This document shows positions 18,820 to 28,007 of a stretch of 64,000 nucleotides of DNA, in pieces (position 1 is the first letter of the stretch; every line of letters begins with the position of its first letter). The stretch is from NCBI RefSeq assembly GCF_044628455.1, contig NZ_JBIYZW010000001.1:370947-434946 (forward strand), in the 5' to 3' direction. The notes beneath the pieces were generated by a model, which saw nothing but the letters and a program-made list of their open reading frames with translations, ran no database searches and was not told the origin of the DNA. The position numbers were made by a program, and so were the translations under genes. This DNA comes from Hymenobacter sp. B81 (GTDB lineage: Bacteria; Bacteroidota; Bacteroidia; Cytophagales; Hymenobacteraceae).

Positions 18820-21387
18820 ATGAAACAACTATTACTCTTGCTGCTGATCGGCTGCGGGCTCCGCAGCCACGCCGCCCAGCTCACCTTTCGCGTCGACATG
18901 CGCCAGCAGACGGTGAGTCCCGCCGGCGTGCACGTGGCGGGCAGCTTTCAGTCGGAGGCGGGCTTTCCGGCCGACTGGAACCCGGCCACCACGGCCCTGA
19001 CCGACCCCGACAACGACGGCATTTACGAAGTGACGGTGACCGTGCCGGCGGGCACGTACCTCTACAAGTTTGTGAACGGCAACGGCTGGCCCGGCGCCGA
19101 GCTGCCCCCGGCCGACTGCGGCGTGGCCGACGGCGGGGGCAACGTGAACCGGCAGGTAACCCTGGGCGCCACCGACCTGCGCCTGCCCGCCCCGGTGTTC
19201 AACGGCTGCACGCCCCAGGTGCGCTTTGCCGTGAACATGCGCGGGCAGACGGTTTCGCGCGCCGGGGTGCACGTGGTAGGCAGCTTCCAGACCCTGGCCG
19301 GCTACGGCAGCAACTGGAACCCCACGGCCATTCCGCTCAGCGACGCCAACGGCGACCAGATCTACGAAGTACAGATTTCGCTGCCCGCCGGGGCCGTGTT
19401 CCAGTACCGCTTCGTGAACGGCAACACCCTGGCCGGGGCCGAGCCGGTGCCCGCCGCCTGCGGCACCGACGACGGCACCGGCACCCGGCAGCGCGTGCTC
19501 GACGCCACGGCCGCGGTAAACGCGCCGCCGGCGGTGTGCTTTGCCACCTGCACGCCCTGCGGCCCCTCGCTCACCAACTACGCCACCCACTGGTGGAACG
19601 ACGCGGTGTTCTACGAGGTGTTCGTGCGCAGCTTCTACGACAGCAACGGCGACGGCCGCGGCGACTTCGCCGGGCTGATGCAGAAGCTCGACTACCTCAA
19701 CGACGGCAACCCCACCACCAGCACCGACCTGGGCGTGACGGCCCTGTGGCTGATGCCCATGATGGAGTCGCCCAGCTACCACGGCTACGACGTGACCAAC
19801 TACAAGGCCACCGAGCCCGACTACGGCTCGATGGCCGACTTCGAGGCCCTGCTGGCCGCCGCCCACGCCCGCGGCATCAAGGTGATTGTGGATTTGGTGC
19901 TCAACCACACCTCCAGCCAGCACCCCTGGTTTACGCAGTCCACCAGCTCGACCAGCCCCTTCCGCAACTGGTACGTGTGGTCGGCCACCAACCCCGGCTT
20001 CCAGGGACCCTGGGGCCAGACGGTGTGGCACCGCCGCAGCAGCAGCTACTACTACGGCATCTTCTTCGACGGCATGCCCGATTTGAACTGGAGCAACCCC
20101 AGCGTGAAGGCCGCCATGTGGGACGTGAGCCGCTTCTGGCTGCAGAAGGGCGTCGACGGCTACCGCCTCGATGCCATCAAGTACCTCGACGAGGACGGCA
20201 CCCGCCTGGAAGACACGCCCGAGACCTTTGCCCTGCTCGAAGAATTTCACGACTCGGTGAAGGCTGTGAACCCCAACGCCTTTACCGTGGGCGAGGCCTG
20301 GTCGAACACCGCCGCTGTGGTGCCCTACGTGCTCAACGATCGGCTCGACGTGTGCTTTGAGTTCGACCTGGCCGCGGCTATCATCAACGGCGTGCGCTCG
20401 GGCAACCCCACGGGCCTGCGCAACCAGCTCAACACGGTGGAGCAAAGCTACCCCAAGCTGCAGTACGCCACCTTCCTCACCAACCACGACCAGAACCGCG
20501 TGCTGGGCGAGTTGGGCGGCAACCTGGCCCAGATGAAGCAGGCTGCGGCGCTGTACCTGACCTTGCCCGGCGTGCCCTTCCTGTACTACGGCGAGGAAGT
20601 GGGCATGCTCGGCACCGGCCCCGACGAAGACAAGCGCAAGCCCATGCAGTGGACGGCGGGCAGCCAGGCCGGCTTTACCAGCGGCACGCCCTGGCGCGGC
20701 GTCAACGGCAACTACGCGCAGTTCAACGTGGCTACCATGCAGGCCGACCCGGCCTCGCTGCTCAACCACTACAAGCAGCTGATCCGCCTGCGCACTACCC
20801 ACGAGGCGCTGCGCAAGGGCTATTATCTGCCCGTGACGGCCTCGAACGCCGCGCTGCTGAGCTACGCCCGCGTGTACCAGCAGGAAGCCGTGGTGATGGT
20901 GTCGAACTTCGGGGCCGGCGCCGCGAGCAACCCGGCCCTCACGCTGAGCGTGTCGTCGCTGCCGGCGGGCGTGTACCAGGTTACGGAGCTGTACTCGGGC
21001 CAGGCTGCGGGCACCGTTACCCTCAACGGCCAGGGCGGATTCAGCGCCTGGAGCGTGGCGCTGCCGGCCCTGGGCGCCGATGAAACCTGGCTGCTGCGCC
21101 TGGCGCCCCAGGCCCCCACGGCCACCAGGCCCGGTCAGCCGCTGCTGGCCCTGAACCTGTACCCCAACCCGGCCGCCGACCAGGTGAGCGTGGAGCTGAC
21201 CCAGGAAACCGGCGCAGCCCGCAGCGAGCTGCGCGTGTACGACCTGCAGGGCCGGCTGGTGCAAACCACCCGCTTCGCCGGCCGCCGGCACCTGCTCGAC
21301 ACCAGCCGCTGGGCGCGCGGCACTTACTTCGTGCGCATTCAGTCGGGCGCGGCCGTGGCCACGCAGCGGCTGGTGGTTACGCGCTAG
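18820..21387 (+). CDS. GH13 alpha-amylase with two N-terminal starch-binding-like beta-sandwich repeats and a C-terminal T9SS (Por) sorting domain
   Basis: Two ~100-aa repeats (FRVDMRQQTVSPAGVHVAGSF...YKFVNGNGW / FAVNMRGQTVSRAGVHVVGSF...YRFVNGNT); GH13 core (VIVDLVLNHTS, GYRLDAIKY, FLTNHDQNR, LYYGEEVGM); C-terminal LNLYPNPAADQVSVEL...GTYFVRIQ typical T9SS CTD. ATG at 18820. Confidence 0.9.
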   Translation: MKQLLLLLLIGCGLRSHAAQLTFRVDMRQQTVSPAGVHVAGSFQSEAGFPADWNPATTALTDPDNDGIYEVTVTVPAGTYLYKFVNGNGWPGAELPPADCGVADGGGNVNRQVTLGATDLRLPAPVFNGCTPQVRFAVNMRGQTVSRAGVHVVGSFQTLAGYGSNWNPTAIPLSDANGDQIYEVQISLPAGAVFQYRFVNGNTLAGAEPVPAACGTDDGTGTRQRVLDATAAVNAPPAVCFATCTPCGPSLTNYATHWWNDAVFYEVFVRSFYDSNGDGRGDFAGLMQKLDYLNDGNPTTSTDLGVTALWLMPMMESPSYHGYDVTNYKATEPDYGSMADFEALLAAAHARGIKVIVDLVLNHTSSQHPWFTQSTSSTSPFRNWYVWSATNPGFQGPWGQTVWHRRSSSYYYGIFFDGMPDLNWSNPSVKAAMWDVSRFWLQKGVDGYRLDAIKYLDEDGTRLEDTPETFALLEEFHDSVKAVNPNAFTVGEAWSNTAAVVPYVLNDRLDVCFEFDLAAAIINGVRSGNPTGLRNQLNTVEQSYPKLQYATFLTNHDQNRVLGELGGNLAQMKQAAALYLTLPGVPFLYYGEEVGMLGTGPDEDKRKPMQWTAGSQAGFTSGTPWRGVNGNYAQFNVATMQADPASLLNHYKQLIRLRTTHEALRKGYYLPVTASNAALLSYARVYQQEAVVMVSNFGAGAASNPALTLSVSSLPAGVYQVTELYSGQAAGTVTLNGQGGFSAWSVALPALGADETWLLRLAPQAPTATRPGQPLLALNLYPNPAADQVSVELTQETGAARSELRVYDLQGRLVQTTRFAGRRHLLDTSRWARGTYFVRIQSGAAVATQRLVVTR

Positions 21388-21462
21388 CCGCGCCGCCATT
21401 TGCCACGCAAGGCGTCCGGCCGGGCTTGCTGCTCGGCCGGACGCTTTGCTTTGGCGGGCGGC

Positions 21463-21576
21463 CTACAGAAACTTTTCGGCCAGCCAGATCAGCAGCAGCG
21501 CGGCCAGCAAAGTCAGGATGACGTATTTGGATTTGGTGGGCGGCACCAGCCGCGGCGGGCGTTGAGGACGATGCAT
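21463..21576 (-). CDS. Possible 37-aa small membrane protein (MHRPQRPPRLVPPTKSKYVILTLLAALLLIWLAEKFL)
   Basis: ATG (21574-21576) at the tail of the long artefactual ORF 21463..22878; single C-terminal TM helix; no other support. Confidence 0.2.
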   Translation of the reverse strand: MHRPQRPPRLVPPTKSKYVILTLLAALLLIWLAEKFL

Positions 21577-21690
21577 AACCAAAGCGTGGGGAAAGGTGCC
21601 GGGTGAAGGCGACCCGACTTTTACGGCGGATGGGGGAGGCGGGATTAGGCGGTAAGGCAGGGGCCCGGTTCCGGGCAAGCTGGAGCAATA

Positions 21691-22542
21691 ATGGAAACTG
21701 CCGGCTTTGTGCGTCCTTTGCGGGCCCGTTTTCCACCCAGCTGCGCGCCTATGCCGCCCGATGTCCCCGCCCTGAGAACCGTCAACGTGACGCGCTACGT
21801 CACGCCGCTGCGCGAAGGCGGCTCCCTGCCGGCCCTGGTTGAGGCCGACGATGACTTCCTGTACGTGGTCAAGTTTCGCGGCGCGGGCCAGGGCGCCAAG
21901 GCCCTGATTGCCGAGCTGGTGGTGGGCGAGCTGGCCCGCGCCCTGGGGCTGCGCGTGCCCGAGCTGGTGTTCGTGCAGCTCGACGAAGCCTTCGGCCGCA
22001 CCGAGCCCGACGAGGAAATCCAGGACTTGCTGCGGGCCAGTGAGGGGCTGAACCTGGCTCTGCACTACCTCTCGGGCGCCAGCACCTACGACCCGCTGGT
22101 GAGCGTGGTAGACGCGCGCCTGGCCTCGCAGGTCGTCTGGCTCGACGCGCTGACCTTGAACGTGGACCGCACCGCCCGCAACACCAACATGCTGCTCTGG
22201 CACCGCGAGCTGTGGCTGATCGACCACGGCGCGGCGCTGTATGCGCACCACGCCGGGGCGGGCTGGGCCGCCCCCCGGCCGCGACCGTTTCCGCAGATCA
22301 AGGACCACGTGCTGCTGCCGCGCGCCACGGAGTTGGCGGCCGTCGACGCCGAGAGCCGGGCGCGCCTCACGCCCGAGCTGCTGCGCGCCATTGTGGCCCT
22401 GGTGCCCGATGCGTGGCTGACCGAGCCCGAAGTGCCCGCCGCTGAGCAGCGCCAGGCCTACGTGCAGTTCCTTACGGCCCGCCTGGCCGCATCCGAAACC
22501 TTTGTTCAGGAAGCCGACCATGCCCGACAAGCACTTGTTTGA
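21691..22542 (+). CDS. HipA-like / PI3-PI4-kinase-fold serine/threonine kinase-like protein
   Basis: Gly-rich loop KFRGAGQGAKA, catalytic-loop-like NVDRTARNTNMLL and DHG (LIDHGAAL) resembling the HipA C-terminal kinase core. Overlaps the downstream DUF3037 gene. Alternative ATG at 21751. Confidence 0.55.
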   Translation: METAGFVRPLRARFPPSCAPMPPDVPALRTVNVTRYVTPLREGGSLPALVEADDDFLYVVKFRGAGQGAKALIAELVVGELARALGLRVPELVFVQLDEAFGRTEPDEEIQDLLRASEGLNLALHYLSGASTYDPLVSVVDARLASQVVWLDALTLNVDRTARNTNMLLWHRELWLIDHGAALYAHHAGAGWAAPRPRPFPQIKDHVLLPRATELAAVDAESRARLTPELLRAIVALVPDAWLTEPEVPAAEQRQAYVQFLTARLAASETFVQEADHARQALV

Positions 22543-22906
22543 GTACGCCGTGCTGCGGGTAGTACCGCGCGTCGAGCGGGAGGAGTTCCTGAACGTGGGC
22601 GTGGTGCTGTACTGCCGCGACCAGGGCTTTCTGCAGTGCCGCTTCACCGTCGACGAAGCCCGGCTGCGGGCCTTCGGCGGCGCGGGCCTTGCTGCCGACG
22701 AGCTGCGGGCGCGGCTGCGGGCCTTCGAGCGCATCTGCGCGGGGCGGCGTGAGGGCGGCCCCATCGGGCAGCTGGGCTTAGCCGAGCGGTTTCGCTGGCT
22801 CACGGCCACGCGCAGCACCGTGGTGCAAACCTCGCCCGTGCACCCCGGCCTCTGCGCCGACGCCGAAACCACCCTCAACCGCCTCTACGCCCAACTGGTA
22901 GAGTAG
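22520..22906 (+). CDS. DUF3037-family protein
   Basis: MPDKHLFEYAVLRVVPRVEREEFLNVGVVLYCRDQGFLQCRFTVDEARLRAF... matches the DUF3037 pattern as I remember it (Y.V.R..P...REE..NVGVVL). ATG at 22520 overlaps the kinase gene by 23 nt. Confidence 0.55.
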   Translation: MPDKHLFEYAVLRVVPRVEREEFLNVGVVLYCRDQGFLQCRFTVDEARLRAFGGAGLAADELRARLRAFERICAGRREGGPIGQLGLAERFRWLTATRSTVVQTSPVHPGLCADAETTLNRLYAQLVE

Positions 22907-23025
22907 CGCCCCAGGCCGGCAACTCCTGTCGCGCTTCGAAGCCTGCGAAGGCAGGTGCTCGTCGGTGGCCCGGGTTGCCGACCTTTGCCAGCCGGCCCGG
23001 CGCATACCGCGGGCCGCCGACCGAT

Positions 23026-24000
23026 ATGAGCTTGTTAGAAGTGGTGGGCATCAGCCTGCAGGAGCGCGGCAGCCTGGCTTTGCACGAGGTGTCGTTTACC
23101 CAGCAGGCAGGCCGCCGGCTGGCCTTGGCCGGCGAAACCGGGGCCGGCAAAAGCAGCCTGCTCCAAACCGTTGCCGGGCTGATTCAACCCACCGCCGGCG
23201 AGGTGCGCTTCGATGGCCGCAAGGTGATTGGGCCGGCCGACAAGCTGGTGCCGGGCCACGCGGGCATTGCCTACCTGTCGCAGCAGTTCGAGCTGCCCAA
23301 GTTTTTGCGCGTCGAGCAGGTGCTGCGCTACGCCAACCGCCGGTCGGCCGCCGAAGCCGCCGCGCTGTTTCGTCTCTGCCGCATCGACCACCTGCTCACG
23401 CGCCCCACCAACGAGCTGTCGGGCGGCGAGCGGCAGCGCATTGCCCTGGCCCGGCTGCTGCTGGGCGCGCCCCGGCTGCTGCTGCTCGACGAGCCGTTCT
23501 CCAACCTGGACATGACGCACAAGGCGGAGCTGAAAGCCGTGCTCGACGACCTGGGCCAGCAGCTGGGCATCACCTGCCTGCTGGTCTCGCACGACCCGCT
23601 CGACACGCTGTCCTGGGCCGACGAAATCCTGGTGCTGCAGCGCGGGCGCCTGGTGCAGCAGGGGCCGCCCGAGCAGGTGTACCGCCAGCCGGTGAGTGCC
23701 TACGTCGCGGCGCTCTTCGGCGGCTACAGCCTGTTGACGGGAGCCGCGGCCCGCGCCCTGGCCGGCCCGGCACCGGGCAAGGACAGTCAGCTGCTCGTGC
23801 GCCCCGAGCAGCTGGTGCTGAACCCGGCCGCGGGTGGCTTGCCCGGCCAGGTGACGCGGGTGCGCTTTTTCGGGCCCTACTCGGAGGTGGAAGTAGCCCT
23901 GCGCGCAACGAAGGTGGTGGCGCGCCACGCGGCGCCCGGGCTGGTGGCCGGCGACGCCGTGCGTCTGGGGCTGGCCCCCGGCAGCGGCTGGTGGGTATAA
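23026..24000 (+). CDS. ABC transporter ATP-binding protein with C-terminal TOBE-like domain (CysA/ModC/PotA-like), no adjacent permease
   Basis: Walker A GETGAGKSS, signature LSGGERQRIALARLL, Walker B LLLLDEPFSNLD, H-loop SHD; C-terminal OB-like extension. ATG at 23026; the track ORF starts at an upstream TTG. Confidence 0.85.
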   Translation: MSLLEVVGISLQERGSLALHEVSFTQQAGRRLALAGETGAGKSSLLQTVAGLIQPTAGEVRFDGRKVIGPADKLVPGHAGIAYLSQQFELPKFLRVEQVLRYANRRSAAEAAALFRLCRIDHLLTRPTNELSGGERQRIALARLLLGAPRLLLLDEPFSNLDMTHKAELKAVLDDLGQQLGITCLLVSHDPLDTLSWADEILVLQRGRLVQQGPPEQVYRQPVSAYVAALFGGYSLLTGAAARALAGPAPGKDSQLLVRPEQLVLNPAAGGLPGQVTRVRFFGPYSEVEVALRATKVVARHAAPGLVAGDAVRLGLAPGSGWWV

Positions 24001-24212
24001 ATCCTGGGTGCGGTGGTCGTTGTCAGCGGTTAATCCCGGGCCGCCGCCGGGTTACGCAAAACAAAATCCGCGTATCGCGCAGGTTAAATCCCGTAGTTAT
24101 GGCGCCTCCCGGGGGCGGGCAGCTTCGTTTAAGCCAGCAGGGTCCGGCGCCGGATGCGGCAACTAGGATGGTTTCAGGTGTGGGACCATCCGTGGCGACC
24201 GGCCCACGTTGC

Positions 24213-24254
24213 AACGCCCCAGTCGGCAGACGGCCGCTGGGGCGTTTTGCGTTT
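24213..24254 (+). terminator. Terminator-like hairpin (AACGCCCCAG-14 nt-CTGGGGCGTT + TTTTGCGTTT) within a 480-nt structured noncoding interval
   Basis: 10-bp GC-rich stem followed by U-rich tract, 213 nt downstream of the ABC ATPase stop. Further hairpins at 24165-24190 (GGATGGT...ACCATCC) and a CCGGCGCCGG palindrome upstream. Confidence 0.4.
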
Positions 24255-24481
24255 CAGCCCGGCCAACGACCCTGAAACGGAAAGTTTTCCCGCAGCTGCT
24301 GAGCTACATGGCGCGCCCGGGAAAATATAGTGAACTAACTATGAACCTAAGCGGCCGGGGAAGGCTTGACCTGTATGACCGGCAGTAGTGGTAGCGACAC
24401 TGGTGACTGGGGCCGCGCCCGCGTGGCCTGTCCTACCTACCACGCGCGGCCCGCTGGGCGCGCTTTCCCCTGGCCTTCTCC

Positions 24482-24751
24482 ATGGCGTTCTACTACCAGC
24501 CATCGGCCGAGCTGCTGCTGGCCTTTGGCTTTGCCCGGTTTGCCTCGCCCGCGGGCCAAACCCGCTTCAGCCGCCCCAGTGAGTGCGGCCTGGAAACCCT
24601 GGTGCTCTACGACGACGGCGAGCTGACATTGCTGGAGGCCATCGACGGGCAGCTGCTCTACAGCTTTCAGGGCCGGGTGGCTTCCGAGGCCGAGTTTCGG
24701 GTGCTGCTGCGGCAGGTGAACTGGCCCGCCGAAGTGCTGGCTGCCCGCTGA
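24482..24751 (+). CDS. Hypothetical small protein (89 aa)
   Basis: ORF only; same orientation as the following small ORFs. Confidence 0.3.
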   Translation: MAFYYQPSAELLLAFGFARFASPAGQTRFSRPSECGLETLVLYDDGELTLLEAIDGQLLYSFQGRVASEAEFRVLLRQVNWPAEVLAAR

Positions 24752-24779
24752 ATTTCCTTCCCTCTTTTTGCCTACGGTC

Positions 24780-25121
24780 ATGAATGATGCATACCTGCGA
24801 AGCCTGGGCTTTGCCTCGACTCACCCCGCGCACAGCGCCAGCCAGCCCACCTTCGACCTGGCCTGGCGCTACCAGCACGAGCGCGCGGCCCACGACGGCA
24901 CGCCGCTGTTTATTGAGCACCCGCTGGGCGTCGACCGCTGCCGGCTGAGCGCCCTGCCGGCCCCGCTGGCCGCCCCCGACGTGTTTGCCAACCTGGCGCT
25001 GCACGACCGGCCGGGCCTGGAGTCGGCTATCGAAGCTTTCTATGCCGCCCACGGCGGCCCGGGCGAGCTGCTGCCGGTGTTCGAGCCCTACGTGTTCCGC
25101 CCGTACCGCCGGGCCCGCTAG
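24780..25121 (+). CDS. Hypothetical protein (~113 aa)
   Basis: ORF MNDAYLRSLGF...; no recognisable motifs. Confidence 0.35.
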   Translation: MNDAYLRSLGFASTHPAHSASQPTFDLAWRYQHERAAHDGTPLFIEHPLGVDRCRLSALPAPLAAPDVFANLALHDRPGLESAIEAFYAAHGGPGELLPVFEPYVFRPYRRAR

Positions 25122-25162
25122 GCGGCGGGCCGCTATTTCCGCTCACTCTGTTTCCTGTTTCC

Positions 25163-25450
25163 ATGAACCAAGATTTGCAGGCCAGCCTGGCCAACAACGC
25201 CAAAGAATGGCTGGCCCTTTCGCTTTCCATTTCCTCGGCCGAGAAGGTGGCTTTTGATAAAATTCACGACGGCTTTATGGCCACCTACGGCTCGGGCTTC
25301 ATGGCGCACGTGTACCGGCAAACCCTGGAGCAGGCGCTGCAGAGCATGCCCGACGTGGAGCGCAACAAGCTGCTGGTCAGCTTCCAGGAAGCCATGACGC
25401 GCGCCATCGACGAGCACTACGCCAGCGCCCAGGGCCTGCGCCTCGACTAA
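25163..25450 (+). CDS. Hypothetical small protein (95 aa)
   Basis: Well-formed ORF with balanced composition (MNQDLQASLANNAKEWLALS...). Confidence 0.4.
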   Translation: MNQDLQASLANNAKEWLALSLSISSAEKVAFDKIHDGFMATYGSGFMAHVYRQTLEQALQSMPDVERNKLLVSFQEAMTRAIDEHYASAQGLRLD

Positions 25451-25628
25451 GCCGGCTACCTCACCGCAAGCGTTCCGCGCCCGGCTTCGGCATTTGCCGA
25501 GGCCGGGCGTTGCCGTGAGTGGCGGGGTGCGGCGGCCAGCTGGCGGGCATCCCGGCCCGGGCCGGGCCGTAGAAGGGGCGGCCGTCGGCTTGCTGCCGCA
25601 GGGCTGTTTGTTCACCCGCAACCAAGCT

Positions 25629-26234
25629 ATGTCGTCGTTTCTCGAGGAGTTTTTGCGCAACCCCGGCGTCGTGGGGTCGTTGGTGCCCAGCTCGCGCGAG
25701 CTGACCGAGCAGGTGATGGCGCCCATCGATTTCGCGCGCGCCCGCTGCATTGTGGAGTACGGCCCGGGCACGGGCGTTTTCACCGACGTGCTGCTGCAGC
25801 GCCGGCGGGCCGACACGGCGCTGGTGCTCGTTGAAGTGAACCGGCGCTTCTGCCGGCAGCTGCAGCAGCGCTACGCCGGGCAGCCCCGGGTGCACGTCAT
25901 TCACGGCTCGGCCGACCAAACCGCCGACTACCTCGCCCGGCTGGGGCTGACGGGCACGGTGGACTACGTGGTGTGCGGGCTGCCGTTCTCGTCGCTGCCG
26001 CGGCGGCTGGGCTGGCGCATTCTGGAGCACACCCGGCAGCTGCTGCGGCCCCAGGGCCAGCTGATTCTGTTTCAGTACTCGCTGCGCAACCAGCGCGTGT
26101 TCGAGCGGCTGTTTCAGCCCCGGGGCCACGCGCACGTGCTGCTGAACCTGCCGCCCGCCCACGTGCTCACCTACGCCCCGCGCGCCGAGGCCCTGCCCGC
26201 CCGGCTGGCCGCGCGGCACGACGAAGCCGCCTGA
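25629..26234 (+). CDS. Class I SAM-dependent methyltransferase (PmtA / rRNA adenine dimethylase-like)
   Basis: Motif I VEYGPGTGVFT and post-I acidic residue (LVEVN); ~200 aa. ATG at 25629. Confidence 0.7.
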   Translation: MSSFLEEFLRNPGVVGSLVPSSRELTEQVMAPIDFARARCIVEYGPGTGVFTDVLLQRRRADTALVLVEVNRRFCRQLQQRYAGQPRVHVIHGSADQTADYLARLGLTGTVDYVVCGLPFSSLPRRLGWRILEHTRQLLRPQGQLILFQYSLRNQRVFERLFQPRGHAHVLLNLPPAHVLTYAPRAEALPARLAARHDEAA

Positions 26235-26387
26235 GGGCCGTGGCCCGGCGACGCTAACCCCGGGCGGTTATATTTGCCCGCAGCCGGTAGTCGGCCGGGC
26301 CGCAAGGGACACCAGGCCGGGGCCCGGCTCCCGGGGCGCCGCAGTTGCCCCACGCGCCGTCGTTTTTCGCCATACTTTTTTACTTGA

Positions 26388-27134
26388 ATGAACCAGGACA
26401 GCAAGCGGGTTGCACTCATCACGGGCAGCACGGGCGGTATCGGCACGGCCTTGTGCCGCAAACTCAGCGAAGAAGGCTACCGCGTGGTGGGCAACTTCCG
26501 CAACCAGCAGAAAGCCCAGCAGCTGCAGGCCGAGCTGGCCGCCGACGGCCACGACATTGAGCTGGCCCACGGCGACGTGGCCGACTTCGAGGCGGTGGGG
26601 GCCATGGTGCGCGACGTGGAGGAGCACATCGGGCCGATTGACATCCTGATCAACAACGCCGGCATCACGCGTGACACTTCGTTTGTGAAGATGAGCAAGG
26701 CCGACTGGGACGCGGTGCTCAACACCAACCTGAACAGCGTGTTCAACTGCACCCGCCACGTCATCAACGGCATGGTGGAGCGGCGCTACGGGCGCATCAT
26801 CAACATCTCGTCGATTAACGCGCAGAAGGGCCAGTACGGGCAAACCAACTACTCCACGGCCAAGGCCGGTATGCACGGCTTCACCAAGTCGCTGGCCCTG
26901 GAAGTGGCCCGCTACGGCATCACGGTGAACACCATCTCGCCGGGTTACATTGCCACCGACATGGTGATGGCCGTGCCCGAAAACATCCGGGAGAAAATCG
27001 TGGCCCAGATTCCGGTGGGCCGCCTGGGAGGACCGGTGGAAATTGCCGAGGCCGTGGCCTTCCTCATTTCCGACAAAAGCGGCTTCATCACCGGCTCGAA
27101 CTTCGCCATCAACGGCGGGCAGCACATGTCGTAA
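26388..27134 (+). CDS. SDR-family reductase, acetoacetyl-CoA reductase (PhaB)/FabG-like
   Basis: TGSTGGIGTA, NNAGIT, catalytic S...YSTAKAG, PGYIATDM; closest resemblance to PhaB-type NADPH reductases. Confidence 0.9.
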   Translation: MNQDSKRVALITGSTGGIGTALCRKLSEEGYRVVGNFRNQQKAQQLQAELAADGHDIELAHGDVADFEAVGAMVRDVEEHIGPIDILINNAGITRDTSFVKMSKADWDAVLNTNLNSVFNCTRHVINGMVERRYGRIINISSINAQKGQYGQTNYSTAKAGMHGFTKSLALEVARYGITVNTISPGYIATDMVMAVPENIREKIVAQIPVGRLGGPVEIAEAVAFLISDKSGFITGSNFAINGGQHMS

Positions 27135-27194
27135 GCCAGCCGCCCGCTTTTTCCTGACTGCCCGGCCGCCGGGCACCCTTCGCTTACTACGCCT

Positions 27195-28007
27195 ATGGAT
27201 GCTTTGACGCGCAACAACGTGACCGTGTACGGGGAGGGCGAGCGGGCCCTGGTGTTTGTGCACGGCTTCGGCTGCGACCAGCGCATGTGGCGGCTGGTGG
27301 CCCCCGCCTTTGCCGACCGCTACCGGGTGGTGCTGCTGGATTTGGTGGGCGCCGGCGGCTCGGACCTGACGGCCTACGACCCCGCGCGCTACGCCACGCT
27401 GGCCGCCCACGCCGACGACGTGCTGGCGGTGCTGCGGGCAATGAACTTGCAGGACGTGGTGCTGGTGGGCCACTCGGTGAGCAGCATGATTGCCGTGCTG
27501 GCCGCCGGGCGCGAGCCGGCGCGCTTTTCGGGGCTGGTGCTGGTGGGTCCCTCACCGCGCTACCTCAACGACGAGGGCTACACCGGCGGCTTCGAGGCCG
27601 GCGACATCGAGGAGCTGCTGGCGGCGCTGGACGACAACTACCAGGGCTGGTCGGGCTACATCGCGCCGGTAATTATGGGGCACCCCGACCGGCCCGAGCT
27701 GGCCCAGGAGCTGAACGAGAGCTTCTGCCGTACCGACCCGAAGATTGCCCGGCACTTCGCGCGGGTCACCTTTCTGTCGGACAACCGCCGCGACCTGGCG
27801 GCGGTGCGCACGCCCACGCTGATTCTGCAGTGCGCCCAGGACGTGATTGCGCCGCCCGTGGTGGGCCAGTACCTGCACCGGCAGCTGCCGGGCAGCCGCC
27901 TGGTGGTGCTCGACACCTCGGGCCACTGCCCGCACCTGAGCGCGCCGCAGCCTACCACGGCGGCCATCGAGGCGTTTCTGGCCGAGCTGGAACCCGTGGC
28001 GGTATGA
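27195..28007 (+). CDS. RsbQ / D14-KAI2-family alpha/beta hydrolase
   Basis: LVFVHGFGCDQRMW, nucleophile elbow VGHSVS, LILQCAQDVIAP, GHCPHLS; almost colinear with B. subtilis RsbQ as I remember it. Confidence 0.85.
   Translation: MDALTRNNVTVYGEGERALVFVHGFGCDQRMWRLVAPAFADRYRVVLLDLVGAGGSDLTAYDPARYATLAAHADDVLAVLRAMNLQDVVLVGHSVSSMIAVLAAGREPARFSGLVLVGPSPRYLNDEGYTGGFEAGDIEELLAALDDNYQGWSGYIAPVIMGHPDRPELAQELNESFCRTDPKIARHFARVTFLSDNRRDLAAVRTPTLILQCAQDVIAPPVVGQYLHRQLPGSRLVVLDTSGHCPHLSAPQPTTAAIEAFLAELEPVAV

Noticed and set aside
5690-21399. Long antisense or off-frame ORFs overlapping the PUL genes (for example 5690..7138-, 8737..10500-, 10619..12112-, 11970..14021-, 14259..15590-, 16399..17469+, 17360..18763-, 18832..21399-, 18786..20360+)
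   Set aside because: High GC suppresses stop codons in all frames. Their translations are Ala/Arg/Gly/Pro-rich low-complexity, while the alternative frames contain clear family motifs (SusC/SusD/GH13/GH97/GH2).
22965-24275. 436-aa ORF 22965..24275 (+) overlapping the ABC ATPase gene in another frame
   Set aside because: Arg/Ala/Pro-rich artefact; the 23026..24000 frame carries intact Walker A/B and ABC signature motifs.
26388-27134. Interpreting the PhaB-like SDR as evidence of a polyhydroxyalkanoate operon
   Set aside because: No phaC synthase or phaA thiolase in the window; SDR assignment to PhaB versus FabG cannot be resolved by eye.
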